NCBI GenBank assembly: GCA_023257055.1
Contig: JALRDG010000043.1
Span: 1 to 29,150, forward strand
DNA: 29,150 bases
Source: Candidatus Saccharimonadia bacterium
GTDB taxonomy: Bacteria > Patescibacteriota > Saccharimonadia > Saccharimonadales > Saccharimonadaceae
Direction of reading: 5' to 3'
Both the position numbers and the translations under genes were made by a program. Of the stretch, positions 16,451 through 24,534 are shown one piece after another. The notes below the pieces were generated by a model. That model did not search any database, was not told the origin of the DNA, and saw nothing but the letters and a program-made list of their open reading frames with translations. The stretch's first letter is position 1. Each line of letters begins with the position of its first letter.

Positions 16451-17128
16451 TTACTTTTGTTTCGCGATTTCAGATTCAATAGCTTTACTTAATGCTTCTA
16501 CGCTGCTCCATTCTTCTTGTGGAAGCTGACGACCATTAAGAATAAAGGTAGGGGTGCTCGTGACGTTATGCTTCTTTCCAAGCGCCAGATCAAAATTGAT
16601 TTTCTCTGTTACGCTCTGACTAATGATGTCTTCTTTGTATTGAGCGATATTGAGACCGATTTGTTTTGCATATTGTTCGAATATGCCGCCACGGTCATCA
16701 ATTGAAGCTGTTTCCCATTCTTTCTGGGCTGTATAAAGGGTATCGTGCATTTCCCAGTATTTGTCTTGTTTTGCGGCGGCTTCCGCACTGGCAGCAGCGA
16801 CGCGTGCATTTGGATGGATGCTAGTAAGTGGGAAATTCCGAAAAACAAACGCAATGTCGTCTTTGTAGGTTTCTTTCACTTCCTGAACGGTCGGGTGAGC
16901 TGATGCGCAGCCAGGACACTGGAAGTCGCCGTATTCAATGAGTGTTACTTTGGCATCTTTATTACCGTACACGTGGTCACCTATGTTTCCCGATTGCGCA
17001 GTTGGTGCCTGAATGGCATTTTCCTTCACTGTCTCAACGTCAATTGAGTTCTGACCAGACAAGTATACTAGTCCTCCTAAAAGCAGTACGCTCAGTGCTG
17101 CAAAAATAATCCATGCTTTATTCGTCAC
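16451..17128 (-). CDS. Membrane-anchored DsbA-family thioredoxin-fold oxidoreductase
   Basis: N-terminal anchor, EYGDFQCPGC, FVFRNFPL..IHPNA and cis-Pro loop VTSTPTF; GTG start with GGAGG RBS. Confidence 0.9.
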   Translation of the reverse strand: MTNKAWIIFAALSVLLLGGLVYLSGQNSIDVETVKENAIQAPTAQSGNIGDHVYGNKDAKVTLIEYGDFQCPGCASAHPTVQEVKETYKDDIAFVFRNFPLTSIHPNARVAAASAEAAAKQDKYWEMHDTLYTAQKEWETASIDDRGGIFEQYAKQIGLNIAQYKEDIISQSVTEKINFDLALGKKHNVTSTPTFILNGRQLPQEEWSSVEALSKAIESEIAKQK

Positions 17129-17213
17129 AATATATTCCTCCCTCGGATATCTTTACTTAGTATAGCGAAAGCGCTATGGGTACGCAACCAAGAGTACGCT
17201 ACAATAAAAGCAT

Positions 17214-18239
17214 ATGGAAATCCTGTTGAGTATTTTATTTTGTATCGTTGGCGTACTGCTCCTTATTGTGATGGGTGTTCGCCCCCAGGAGCAGACACAT
17301 AGTACGTTTGAGCTCCGGCGAAGAAAACAAAAAGGCGACAAGGAGGCGGAATACCTCTTGCGCAGAAATGAACTGCTCCATGATGTGTTCTCATTGCAGC
17401 GAGTCGTGACGGCGCTGCTGCTTGTCATCTTGTCGGCAATTAGTGTCGAACTGTTTTATTGGCTTCTTGGTTTGGTAATAACATTGCTGATTGCTCTCGA
17501 GGCGGGGGCGGTGGCACGGTTATCGCTCCTGCAGCATCGTTCTCAAAAACTCTATCAGGCGGTTGAGCCGAAGCTACTTGCGATCATTGAACGCTATCCG
17601 TTAATATTTAAGATGATTCGCAGTGTCTCTCCAGTTCCAGCCGACACCTACGACATCGAATCACGAGAGGAACTGCTCCATATGATAGAACAATCTGGTG
17701 GTGTACTTCGTGCTAACGAGAAAAAAATGATTACTAACGCGCTGAATTTTGATGAGCGGACGGTTAGCGAAATAATGGTCTCGCGCAGTAACGTTACAAT
17801 GATTTCGGCCGATGAGGTACTTGGTCCACTGGTCGTGAATGATCTTTACTCGACAGGCTATACACGTTTTCCAGTGTATGGGGATTCAATCGACGATATT
17901 GTCGGTGTAATTTACTTGGAGCAGCTAATGAAAATTGACGGCGCCAAGACGGCAACCACGAAAACTGCGCACCAAATGATGGAGCGACGTGTCTACTATA
18001 TTCGTGAAGACCAGTCACTTCAGCACGCGCTGTCAGCGTTCCTTCGTATGCATCATCACCTGTTTGTCGTGCTAAATGAACACCGTGAAACGGTGGGAAT
18101 TGTGACACTTGAAGACTGTCTTGGCGCATTGTTGGGAAGAAAAATACACGACGAATTTGATCAGCATGATAACAGATCGGTCGTCGCAGGGCGGGTGCTG
18201 GCGAAAAACAATCACTCAAAAAACGGTCAAGAGGTGTAG
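17214..18239 (+). CDS. CBS-pair membrane protein (CNNM/CorB-CorC, hemolysin-like Mg/Co efflux family)
   Basis: N-terminal TM helices, then SREELLHMI, NALNFDERTVSEIMVSR, TGYTRFPVY, HLFVVLNEH.ETVGIVTLED and GRKIHDEFD. Confidence 0.85.
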   Translation: MEILLSILFCIVGVLLLIVMGVRPQEQTHSTFELRRRKQKGDKEAEYLLRRNELLHDVFSLQRVVTALLLVILSAISVELFYWLLGLVITLLIALEAGAVARLSLLQHRSQKLYQAVEPKLLAIIERYPLIFKMIRSVSPVPADTYDIESREELLHMIEQSGGVLRANEKKMITNALNFDERTVSEIMVSRSNVTMISADEVLGPLVVNDLYSTGYTRFPVYGDSIDDIVGVIYLEQLMKIDGAKTATTKTAHQMMERRVYYIREDQSLQHALSAFLRMHHHLFVVLNEHRETVGIVTLEDCLGALLGRKIHDEFDQHDNRSVVAGRVLAKNNHSKNGQEV

Positions 18240-18295
18240 CTTCTAAGCGTAAGCAGTGGAAAAAACTTGCAAAAGCGCGTAAAATATAACTAATT

Positions 18296-20062
18296 ATGAC
18301 ACGAACACTTATTCGCGATGCACTGCACGCAATCGACCAGACAATTACCGTAAAAGGCTGGGTTCATACTCGCCGTGACCACGGAGGCTTGATATTCGTT
18401 GACATACGTGACCATACGGGCGTATTGCAGCTTGTCATTCAGCCGGAAAACGATGTCGCGTTCGCCACTGCTGAACAGCTTCGTGACGAATATGTCATTG
18501 CAGTGAATGGCAAGATCAAAGAACGGACACCGGACCTTCGTAATGATCGATTGGCAACCGGTACTATTGAATTGGTCGTTGATGAACTGACGATTTTAAA
18601 CCGCTCCGAACCTCTGCCAATTCAAGTGCATGGTGAAGCGCAGTCGAGCGAAGAGCTTCGTCTGAAGTACCGCTATCTTGATCTTCGCCGCGAAAAAATG
18701 CAGGCAACCCTCCGACAGCGTTCGGACTACTACCGTGTCATACGTGATTATATGCAAAAAAATGAGTTTACCGAAGTAACGACGCCTGTCCTGGCAAACT
18801 CCAGCCCAGAGGGCGCCCGAGATTTCCTCGTCCCATCTCGCGTTCATCCAGGTAAATTTTACGCATTGCCGCAAGCGCCTCAACAGTTTAAGCAACTACT
18901 AATGGTCGGTGGTGTGCCTCGATACTATCAAATTGCTACGTGCTTCCGTGATGAAGACCCGCGAGCGGATCGTCTATACGGTGATTTCTATCAGCTCGAT
19001 CTTGAAATTGCGTTTGCAGAAACAGGTGAAGAAATTCGTCAAACGATGGAGCCGTTAATAAAGCAGCTTGTAACTGATTTCGCCGGCAAGAAACTTCTGC
19101 ACGAAGATATTCCACGTATTACGTACCGCGAAGCGATGGATCGTTTTGGCTCGGATAAGCCGGATCTTCGATACGGCATGGAGCTTATCGACCTGACTGA
19201 CATATTTGTGTCATCTGAGTTTAGTGTGTTTAAGAAAGCTGCTGAATCTGGCGTCGTTAAAGCTATTCGCGTTGAAGGCGGCTCTGGGTTATCCCGTTCG
19301 CAAATCGATTCGTTTACTGATATTGCTAAAAAAGAAGGCGCCGGTGGACTAGCGTATATTAGTTTTGTCGATGGTGAAGCGAAATCACCAATTAGTAAAT
19401 TCTTATCTGACAGTGAAATTGCAGAAATGCAAAAACGCACAGGTGCAAAAAACGGCGACACGCTCTTCTTTGGTGCTGATACGCGCGACACCGTAAACAA
19501 GGTACTTGGTAAATTACGGATTGAATTTGCAGATCATTTTAACCTGAAAGATCCTAATCTGGTTGCTCTTGCCTGGGTGATAGATTTCCCATTCTATGAA
19601 TGGAATGACGGTGAGCGAAAAGTTGACTTTGGACATAATCCATTCTCGATGCCAAAGGGTGGTCTGCAATCGCTTGAAGCGGCGGACGATCCGCTCACAA
19701 TCGTTGCCGATCAATACGACATGGTCATGAACGGGTACGAAATTTGCTCAGGGGCTGTCCGAAACCACAATCCAGAAGTTATGTATAAGGCGTTTGGTAT
19801 TCTAGGTTACGATGAGGCGTATGTGGACGCCAAGTTTGGCGCTATGATCAATGCATTTAAGTATGGGGCGCCACCTCACGCCGGCTGTGCGTTTGGATTA
19901 GATCGAATCTTCATGGTACTTATCGGCGAAGAGAATATTCGTGAAGTTGTCGCATTTCCAAAGAATGGCTCTGGTGTCGATGTTATGATGAACTCGCCAA
20001 GCGTAGTCGACAAAGCACAGCTCGACGATCTCAGCTTACACATTGAAGAGAGAGCGCGCTAG
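18296..20062 (+). CDS. aspS: Aspartate-tRNA ligase (bacterial type, with GAD insertion)
   Basis: RRDHGGLIFVDIRD, LRLKYRYLDLRR, motif 1 SSPEGARDFLVPSR, LPQAPQQFKQLLM, motif 2 CFRDEDPRADR, motif 3 GAPPHAGCAFGLDR. Confidence 0.97.
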   Translation: MTRTLIRDALHAIDQTITVKGWVHTRRDHGGLIFVDIRDHTGVLQLVIQPENDVAFATAEQLRDEYVIAVNGKIKERTPDLRNDRLATGTIELVVDELTILNRSEPLPIQVHGEAQSSEELRLKYRYLDLRREKMQATLRQRSDYYRVIRDYMQKNEFTEVTTPVLANSSPEGARDFLVPSRVHPGKFYALPQAPQQFKQLLMVGGVPRYYQIATCFRDEDPRADRLYGDFYQLDLEIAFAETGEEIRQTMEPLIKQLVTDFAGKKLLHEDIPRITYREAMDRFGSDKPDLRYGMELIDLTDIFVSSEFSVFKKAAESGVVKAIRVEGGSGLSRSQIDSFTDIAKKEGAGGLAYISFVDGEAKSPISKFLSDSEIAEMQKRTGAKNGDTLFFGADTRDTVNKVLGKLRIEFADHFNLKDPNLVALAWVIDFPFYEWNDGERKVDFGHNPFSMPKGGLQSLEAADDPLTIVADQYDMVMNGYEICSGAVRNHNPEVMYKAFGILGYDEAYVDAKFGAMINAFKYGAPPHAGCAFGLDRIFMVLIGEENIREVVAFPKNGSGVDVMMNSPSVVDKAQLDDLSLHIEERAR

Positions 20063-20066
20063 CGAT

Positions 20067-21530
20067 ATGATCGCCTGGTTCGTCGAAACACTACGATTCA
20101 TAGGCGGGTTTTCAACAATCTGGCTAATAATTGAGTGGGTACTGCGAGTGATCGCCGTCTTTGTCATGCCGAAAAATCGACGCCCAACAGCCGGCCTTAC
20201 GTGGCTCACGTTAACATTCCTTATACCGCCGGCGGGCTGGGTGGCGTATTTGATTCTCGGGAATTCAAAATTACCTCTTTACCGACGACGCATCCAGAAA
20301 CACCTTGATGATATCTTGCGTCAGACAAAACTCAGCAATCGGGTGAATACGCCGCCTATTTCACGAAAATTCGCTGATGTTGAGCGGCTCGCTTGGTCAC
20401 TGACGCACTTACCGGTCAGTACGGCGAAATCATACGAAATCATCAGCGATTATCATGCAATATTTCATGCGATTGCTCGCGATATTGACGCAGCAAAACA
20501 TACGATTCATCTCGAATATTACACACTGGTGTTCGACCGTGAAACCGAAATTATTTTTACTGCGATTGAACGAGCGGTGGAGCGCGGTGTCAAGGTCCGC
20601 GTATTGTATGACGCCTATGGATCATGGAAGCACCGAAAACAGTTTAAACATGGTCGTCGGCGTCTGCGTGCCTGTGGTGCAGATGTTCGAGCTTCGCTAC
20701 CGTTCCGCCTACCGCTTCAAGGGTATACTCGGCCAGACTTACGAAATCACCGTAAGCTCGTGACAATTGACGGTCAGATTGGCTATAGCGGATCGCAGAA
20801 TATTATAAGTCGTGGATATCACCGTCGGGATGGCATTATTTATAACGATCTGGTCATGCGCTGTACCGGGGCTATCGTCCGACAGCTTGATATTGTTTTT
20901 GCTGCCGACTGGTATGCTGAAACAGAAGAAATCTTAATTGAAGAACAGGAACTTACCGCCAAGCAGCAGCGTGCTGGTATACATCGCATGCAAGTATTGC
21001 CGAGTGGTCCCGGGTATGAATACGAAAACAATCTGAAGATATTCAATACGCTCATCTACTCGGCAGAAAAAAGCATTCTTATCGTCAACCCGTATTTCGT
21101 CCCCGATGAGTCCCTCATGACGGCGCTTGTTAGTGCGGCTCGTCGTGGCATACAAGTGACAATGGTGAACTCAAAGGTGATGGATCAGTGGATGGTGGGC
21201 CATGCTCAGCGGTCGTACTACGAGGAGCTATTCTTAGCAGGTGTGCGAATATATTGGCACGAGAAGCCAAGCCTGCTGCATTCAAAATTCATGATTATCG
21301 ATGATGAGGTAGCGACGATTGGTTCTAGTAATATGGATATTCGTTCGTTTGAGCTCGATCATGAACTTACTCTTATCTGCTATGACCAGGCCGTTACGAA
21401 GGAGCTTGCTACTGTTGCTGCAGGATATTTGGACGCCTCTCAAGAGGTGGATAAGATTCGTTGGCTTAAACGTCCGCGCTACCGCCAGGTATTTGATAAT
21501 ATTGCCCGGCTCACATCATCATTGCAGTAG
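20067..21530 (+). CDS. cls: Cardiolipin synthase (PLD superfamily)
   Basis: N-terminal TM pair (WL...FLIPPAG..AY.ILG) and two HKD motifs, RNHRKLVTID and LHSKFMIIDD. Start moved from the TTG at 20043 (inside aspS) to the ATG at 20067. Confidence 0.92.
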   Translation: MIAWFVETLRFIGGFSTIWLIIEWVLRVIAVFVMPKNRRPTAGLTWLTLTFLIPPAGWVAYLILGNSKLPLYRRRIQKHLDDILRQTKLSNRVNTPPISRKFADVERLAWSLTHLPVSTAKSYEIISDYHAIFHAIARDIDAAKHTIHLEYYTLVFDRETEIIFTAIERAVERGVKVRVLYDAYGSWKHRKQFKHGRRRLRACGADVRASLPFRLPLQGYTRPDLRNHRKLVTIDGQIGYSGSQNIISRGYHRRDGIIYNDLVMRCTGAIVRQLDIVFAADWYAETEEILIEEQELTAKQQRAGIHRMQVLPSGPGYEYENNLKIFNTLIYSAEKSILIVNPYFVPDESLMTALVSAARRGIQVTMVNSKVMDQWMVGHAQRSYYEELFLAGVRIYWHEKPSLLHSKFMIIDDEVATIGSSNMDIRSFELDHELTLICYDQAVTKELATVAAGYLDASQEVDKIRWLKRPRYRQVFDNIARLTSSLQ

Positions 21531-21584
21531 CATTTACATCAGGCGTATACTAAAGAAGTAAGTTAATGAGGAGCAGTTGATCCC

Positions 21585-22166
21585 ATGAAGCAATCAAACG
21601 ACGATCGACACGTTACACCGGAGTCTGAAGATTCGAAACCAGAACGAAACGAACCAATCAAGGTTCCTGTCATAGACCCTATGCGAAGGCGTCGAGGTGT
21701 TTGGCGAAAAATTGCCATCGGACTCCTTATCTGCTTGGTCATTGCCGGGTTAGTGGCGGCCTTTTTGTGGATGAATCGATCAAGTGACAAAATAAAAATT
21801 CGTGCCTTACAAAGCGACGTTACGTCACTCAACAAGCGTCTAGCGATGGCACAGCGGGAACAGGATGCGCTGGAAAATCGCATTGCTGGCATGCGAGCAG
21901 TTGCTGCAGTCGGTCAAGGTAACGACGAAGAGCAGATAGTGGCTGCGACAAGAGTATATGCCAGGACTTTTGTAGAGGATGGCGCTACGCTTGCTGTCGA
22001 GGTAAGCAAACGTGACGGTAGTGAAGCAGTAGCGGTGTTGCGTCATGAAGGTACGAAGTATAATATTTATCTCAAAAAAGCTGGAGAAATATGGCAACCG
22101 GTTTGGGCGGGCAAGGGATCACCTGCGGAGAACACACGTAAGCAGTACAACCTAACGATAGAGTAG
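21585..22166 (+). CDS. Hypothetical single-pass membrane protein with coiled coil
   Basis: Basic RRRR then a TM helix (IAIGLLICLVIAGLVAAFLW) and heptad region LQSDVTSLNKRLAMAQREQDALENRI; GAGGAG RBS. Confidence 0.75.
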   Translation: MKQSNDDRHVTPESEDSKPERNEPIKVPVIDPMRRRRGVWRKIAIGLLICLVIAGLVAAFLWMNRSSDKIKIRALQSDVTSLNKRLAMAQREQDALENRIAGMRAVAAVGQGNDEEQIVAATRVYARTFVEDGATLAVEVSKRDGSEAVAVLRHEGTKYNIYLKKAGEIWQPVWAGKGSPAENTRKQYNLTIE

Positions 22167-22179
22167 CCTTTACATGCTA

Positions 22180-22208
22180 TTGACAATTATAAAAGCTTAT
22201 GCTAATAT
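22180..22208 (+). promoter_or_regulatory. Near-consensus sigma70 promoter (distal promoter of the ytxG/ytxH-like pair)
   Basis: TTGACA-17 nt-TAATAT with TG at the extended -10 position. Confidence 0.65.
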
Positions 22209-22289
22209 AAAAATGTTGAACGCGTAAAACAAACAATCAATAACAACCTAACATACCAAAAAGTTCCTGTAACTCGAGTATCAGCGAAC

Positions 22290-22305
22290 TGTAATATATT
22301 TCACT
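22290..22305 (+). promoter_or_regulatory. Candidate Crp/Fnr-family binding site (proximal promoter of the ytxG/ytxH-like pair)
   Basis: TGTAA-tatatt-TCACT, 37 nt before GATAAT (22327-22332); 17/20 identical to 11708-11727. Confidence 0.65.
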
Positions 22306-22368
22306 GCTCAATTAACCGCAATGGTTGATAATCGAAAGTGACAATAACGAAACGAAAGGATTGTCGTT

Positions 22369-22584
22369 ATGGACACGCAGGTAGTGATAACCCTGCTGAC
22401 AGTCTGCATCGTGCTGTTATCGGTAGTAATCGTTGGATTACTAGCCGTAACAATCGCACTGCTTGTAAAAGTACGTAGCGTTGCGCGCAATGTAGATACC
22501 GTTATGCAGAATGCCCGTCGTGCATCCGAATGGATGGCGCCCGCAAAAGTATTTTCCGAAGCTGCAAAAGCGTTCCGAAAATAA
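22369..22584 (+). CDS. Small membrane protein, YtxG/DUF948-like
   Basis: Long hydrophobic N-terminus followed by an amphipathic helix; AAAGGA RBS; lies directly upstream of a YtxH gene, as in the ytxGH arrangement. Confidence 0.65.
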   Translation: MDTQVVITLLTVCIVLLSVVIVGLLAVTIALLVKVRSVARNVDTVMQNARRASEWMAPAKVFSEAAKAFRK

Positions 22585-22630
22585 GCCCACTGTACTCTCA
22601 TTTACATAACTAATAAGCAAGGAGAATCCT

Positions 22631-22993
22631 ATGAAAAAAACAGTTAGTGTTCTGATCGCCGCCGCAGCTGGTGTTGCTGCAGGAATCTTAATGGCTCCAA
22701 AGAGCGGCAAGGAAACCCGCGAAGAGTTGAAGAAGAAAGCCGATGATGCTAAAGAGTATGCCGATGAAAAGGCAACTCGCGTAAAGTCTGCCGTTAAAGA
22801 TGGTTACGATTCGCTTCGTACGACAGCATCTGACGTAAAAGGCGAAGCTGCCGGTTTGGCTGAGCATGCAAAAACGTCCGCTAAAGGATTAGCGACAGAT
22901 GCAAAGGCTCGTCGCGAGCGTGTTGCTGACAAGACAGATCGTACACTTGGCGATTTGCGTGAAGACGCTGACAAAACAATGGTAAAGAAGTAG
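22631..22993 (+). CDS. YtxH-domain general stress protein
   Basis: AAAAGVAAGILMAPKSGKETREELKKK signature, then LEA-like Ala/Lys/Asp helical repeats; AAGGAG RBS. Confidence 0.92.
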   Translation: MKKTVSVLIAAAAGVAAGILMAPKSGKETREELKKKADDAKEYADEKATRVKSAVKDGYDSLRTTASDVKGEAAGLAEHAKTSAKGLATDAKARRERVADKTDRTLGDLREDADKTMVKK

Positions 22994-23003
22994 AGTTGCT
23001 CTA

Positions 23004-23040
23004 CATAAAATACCGCCCGTACTACGGGCGGTATTTTATG
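23004..23040. terminator. Bidirectional terminator overlapping the MBL-gene stop
   Basis: cataaaataccgcccgt-act-acgggcggtattttatg, a 17-bp perfect stem. Confidence 0.88.
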
Positions 23041-23668
23041 TGATTTCGATTGGCTGAGTGAGTCGCTGGTAGGTAATATTGCGCTGGCCGAGGTAGTCTT
23101 GCGCAAGGCCATCGATGATTTGTTTGCCGGCAGGTGTCAAAATGGCGTCATGTGTCGGAATAACAAATGGCGCACGTATGTCACCTGCAAAGGCGAGGCT
23201 TTCGCTGATTTTAATCCATGGCGCTGCAACGGGTAACAGAAGGGTGGTTACTGTATGATCGGGTATGGTCAGGGCGTCACCAGGGTAGTAAATTTGCTCA
23301 TCAATCAAAACGCCAATGTTGCTAATTGGTTCGATGCCGTCATGAATACGTGCGTGCAGTTCACCGTAAAAACGCAATGAAAACGGCCCGGCGGTTCGGT
23401 GTTCGTCTGGTCGAGCAATATGGATATTGTATTCAGATAGTGCAGGAGCGACGTCAGCTGTTGTATAGATTTGCGCCATTGGGTGGTCATTGAGGATGGC
23501 TCGTACAAGCTGCGGGTCAAAATGATCAGCATGCTGGTGGGTGATAATAATTGCTTCGACAGGAGAAAGGCGTTGAAGATTTGGCGTCAAATTGCCGGGA
23601 TCAACGATAATACTGCGATCTTCTTTCTCGACGACGAAGCAGGCATGATCAAATTTCGTGAGCTTCAT
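23036..23668 (-). CDS. MBL-fold metallo-hydrolase (about 210 aa)
   Basis: MKLTKFDHACF..., IIVDPG, ITHQHADHFD, YYPGD, IPTHD. True start is the ATG at 23668 (TATACT 6 nt upstream); the ORF-track extension to 24076 is antisense to mutY. Confidence 0.88.
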   Translation of the reverse strand: MKLTKFDHACFVVEKEDRSIIVDPGNLTPNLQRLSPVEAIIITHQHADHFDPQLVRAILNDHPMAQIYTTADVAPALSEYNIHIARPDEHRTAGPFSLRFYGELHARIHDGIEPISNIGVLIDEQIYYPGDALTIPDHTVTTLLLPVAAPWIKISESLAFAGDIRAPFVIPTHDAILTPAGKQIIDGLAQDYLGQRNITYQRLTQPIEIT

Positions 23669-23706
23669 ACTATTAGTATAGCGAATTTTACTGCTAGACT
23701 GAAAGT

Positions 23707-24513
23707 ATGCAGGCGGATGAATTCCAGCGAATGATTTTCCAGAAAGGCGATGAATTATTTCGTGCCATGCCATGGCGTGACGACACAAGCCCCTATGCGG
23801 TGTTTGTAAGCGAACTGATGCTGCAGCAAACTCAGGTGGATCGTGTGCGGCCAAAGTTTGACGCTTTTGTGCAGCGATTTCCTGACGTGGACTCTTTAGC
23901 GTCCGCGAGCGTGGCTGATGTATTGCAGCTCTGGCAGGGGCTGGGGTATAACCGCCGGGCACTGTACTTACAGGCGGCAGCACAGGCGGTTGTTCAGCAA
24001 TACGGCGGCGTATTTCCAGACACAGCAAAAACACTGCAAACGCTCCCCGGAATTGGGCCGAACACGGCTGGTGCAATACTGGCGTATTCGTTTAATCAGC
24101 CAGTGGTATTTATTGAAACGAATATTCGAACAGTATATATTTATCACTTTTTCAATGACGATACTATCGTAGAAGACACACAAATCCGTAACTTGCTGAC
24201 TGAAACACTCCCGCCCGAACAGTCGCGTCGTTTTTATTGGGCATTGATGGACTATGGTTCGCACTTAAAACGATCAGGAGTAAAGGTGCATCGCCAGAGC
24301 AAGACACATAAAAAGCAGCCGCCGCTCGAAGGTAGTCTGCGTCAAATGAGAGGCGCAATTCTTCGTTTGTTAGTTGCAAAAAATATGGTGAGCCGGCAGG
24401 ATTTGCTGCGGACTTTTGACGGTGATGCTCGCGTTGCTCCAGCGCTTTCGGGGCTGACAAAGGAAGGCTTTATTAGGGAAGTGGCGGGCGAAATTCATTT
24501 GACCAATCACTAG
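23707..24513 (+). CDS. mutY: MutY-like A/G-specific adenine glycosylase (HhH-GPD), without the Fe-S motif
   Basis: MPWR, PYAVFVSELMLQQTQV, WQGLGYNRRA, HhH LPGIGPNTAGAI, ALMDYG. Confidence 0.85.
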   Translation: MQADEFQRMIFQKGDELFRAMPWRDDTSPYAVFVSELMLQQTQVDRVRPKFDAFVQRFPDVDSLASASVADVLQLWQGLGYNRRALYLQAAAQAVVQQYGGVFPDTAKTLQTLPGIGPNTAGAILAYSFNQPVVFIETNIRTVYIYHFFNDDTIVEDTQIRNLLTETLPPEQSRRFYWALMDYGSHLKRSGVKVHRQSKTHKKQPPLEGSLRQMRGAILRLLVAKNMVSRQDLLRTFDGDARVAPALSGLTKEGFIREVAGEIHLTNH

Positions 24514-24534
24514 TAGTGCGTGATAATAAGAAGT

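Noticed and set aside
16310-16492. 60-aa ORF from the track in the corA-dsbA gap; also checked for small ribosomal proteins (L33, L34, L36, S21)
   Set aside because: It has a TTG start with no RBS, crosses the terminator and overlaps dsbA. No frame matches those ribosomal proteins.
23669-24076. 136-aa N-terminal extension of the MBL-fold ORF (ORF track 23036..24076)
   Set aside because: It is antisense to the well-supported mutY-like gene, and the MBL domain has its own -10 and ATG at 23668.
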